Assembly (NCBI RefSeq): GCF_001194135.2
Contig: NC_068991.1
Span: 77,067,413 to 77,131,412, forward strand
Reading direction: 5' to 3'
Length of the DNA: 64,000 bases
From: Octopus bimaculoides
Taxonomy: Eukaryota
A model generated the notes under the pieces. The model was given only the letters and a program-made list of their open reading frames with translations. It ran no database searches and had not been told where the DNA came from. Of this stretch, positions 62,258 to 64,000 are shown one piece after another; the first letter of the stretch is position 1; every line of letters begins with the position of its first letter. Both the position numbers and the translations under genes were made by a program.

Positions 62258-63892
62258 GGCTACTCAGCTTCACTGTAAATATCAACATCTGCATTGGAGA
62301 GATGATAAATTACAATTTGTGTATGGATTATTTGAAACTATGTAAGGGATGACAACTTGACTGAAATTTTACTTCAGTTTAATTAGGGATCACAAGAAAG
62401 AACAAAAAATAAAAATATTTTACATAGATAAAGAGACAATTAGATACAGCATAGAGGTTAGAAATATGCAGGTATATGAGTACATCTGCTGAAGAAAACC
62501 CAACTAGAACAAAATAATGTCTGAAATAAAGTCTTGAGGACAAAATTAAAGTGCTGAAAAAGCAAACCTATGTATGGTCAGTATCTGGCAAAGCTAGGAA
62601 GTAAACTAACTCAAAGCATATAACTGATTAAATGGATGGTAGTGAATGTAGATTATTTAGTGGACACAATGGCAAATTGAAGACATTGTCTCTAGCCTTA
62701 GATAGAATCTGAATGTGTATGCATACGTTGCCAAGAAGGTAATTATATTCAATGGGGAAAATGCAAATTACTAAATAAAACAGGCAACAAAACTATAAAT
62801 GTTTACCAAAGCTGTCAGTGAAAACAGCCAAGTTGCAATACTGTGGGATATGTCCGAGCATTATTATTAAAGATAGAAGAAAGAGTGGATGTCTGTTTGT
62901 CTTCATATCAATCCTTTTCTGATTACAACCTTGCCCTGAAGGAAATAGAAGAATTATCAAAATATAAGGATTTAGAGATAAATGTGGCAGTGTGCGTGGG
63001 TGGGTGAGTGCAAAAACTGTCTTTGTGATAAATGGAGCATTAAAAATAGCTAAAATATAAAAATTAAAAAAAAAACAAATAAATTTCCAGGCATCATACC
63101 TCTGCACATACTAAAATAAATGGCATTAATAGGTGCAGCATATTAAACCTCAAAATGGCAGAACGTTTTGCACACATACACACATACACGGGCTGCACCT
63201 AATGAAAAATGCATTAAAAGAAGAATGATAACACTACTTTAAAATATAAAGTAATCACAGTAGGCCACTTGGTAATTATTGGTGTAGCTCATGTTTATGC
63301 TAATTCGTTTGCTTTTACATTTAATTCTGTTTCTAATCTGATTTGCCTATCGTTTCTTTCAAAGTTTTTCCATTCTTTTTTGAGCACACTGGATGTTTTT
63401 AGCATCATTTTAAATTTAAATTTTTTAAAAGTTTTAATTAATTTTACATTACACCCATAGTGAGGAGAAAAAAAAATGACCTTAATTACTAATTCTGGTC
63501 AAGAAAGGCAGGGAGGTGATCCAGTAATTTAAATTAATTAAAATTAATTAAAAATCGAAGAGTGTGTGACTGGGTCTGATCTTAGGCAGAACAGTGACAA
63601 ATCCAGTCAACCCCAGTCTTGTTATGATACCCCAGGGAAAGGGTAGGATCAGATGAAGCTGTTGGAGCTGATTATGCTATGGGTCCCTGATATCACTGTG
63701 ACAGTCTACTTTAAATTTATTTGAATAAAATCCCAAGGTTGTCCTCCTTGTTGACTGGAATTAGTCTTTATGATAATTATTTTTTCTTTGTCTCTCAACT
63801 AAGGGTAAAAATATTCATGAATTGAAATAATTTTGGTTCAGTACATTATGTTGTTATCCACTTTATTATTTGGTTTATTGCTGAGGCATTTG

Positions 63893-63947
63893 CGGGTAAT
63901 TTTCATTTGTGGAAAGCAAACTTCTTACAGCACAGCCATGCCTGCAC

Positions 63948-64000
<53 letters not shown>
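63893..64000 (-). mobile_element. Family C SINE head fragment followed by (CA)n to the window end
   Basis: GGAAAGCAAACTTCTTACAGCACAGCCATGCCTGCACCT is the reverse complement of the C head; (CA)n at 63949-64000. Confidence 0.7.

Overview
Eukaryotic, visibly AT-rich, microsatellite-dense draft-assembly sequence with several N gaps. The repeat families look like those of an octopus (coleoid cephalopod) genome; this is recognition from memory and is inference, not a database result. No host protein-coding gene, rRNA operon or CRISPR array can be supported, so the window reads as intronic or intergenic. It is filled with decayed mobile DNA: (A) a 3'-tail family ending CATGGAAAGCGGACGTTAAAC(GAT)n, probably LINE (RTE)-derived; (B) a tRNA-headed SINE starting GGTGGCGAGCTGGCAGAATCG; (C) a tRNA-head + CORE-like SINE with an internal microsatellite and two alternative tails; (D, E) two further tRNA-headed SINEs; (F) a ~200-bp repeat with an (AAC)n end; RTE, R4/Dong-like and Penelope-like retroelement fragments; mariner and hAT derivatives; and a tandem pair of Helentron-associated (HINE/DINE-like) elements. 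The family letters are my own labels. The best leads are an 85-bp 28S rRNA fragment fused in the same orientation to the 5' end of a ~1-kb family-A retrocopy (39641-40709), a tRNA-like sequence bracketed by perfect 33-bp direct repeats (39046-39376), a perfect 62-bp palindrome inside a longer foldback (62101-62257), and a 53-bp-arm hairpin (7068-7206). Boundaries of decayed elements are approximate.
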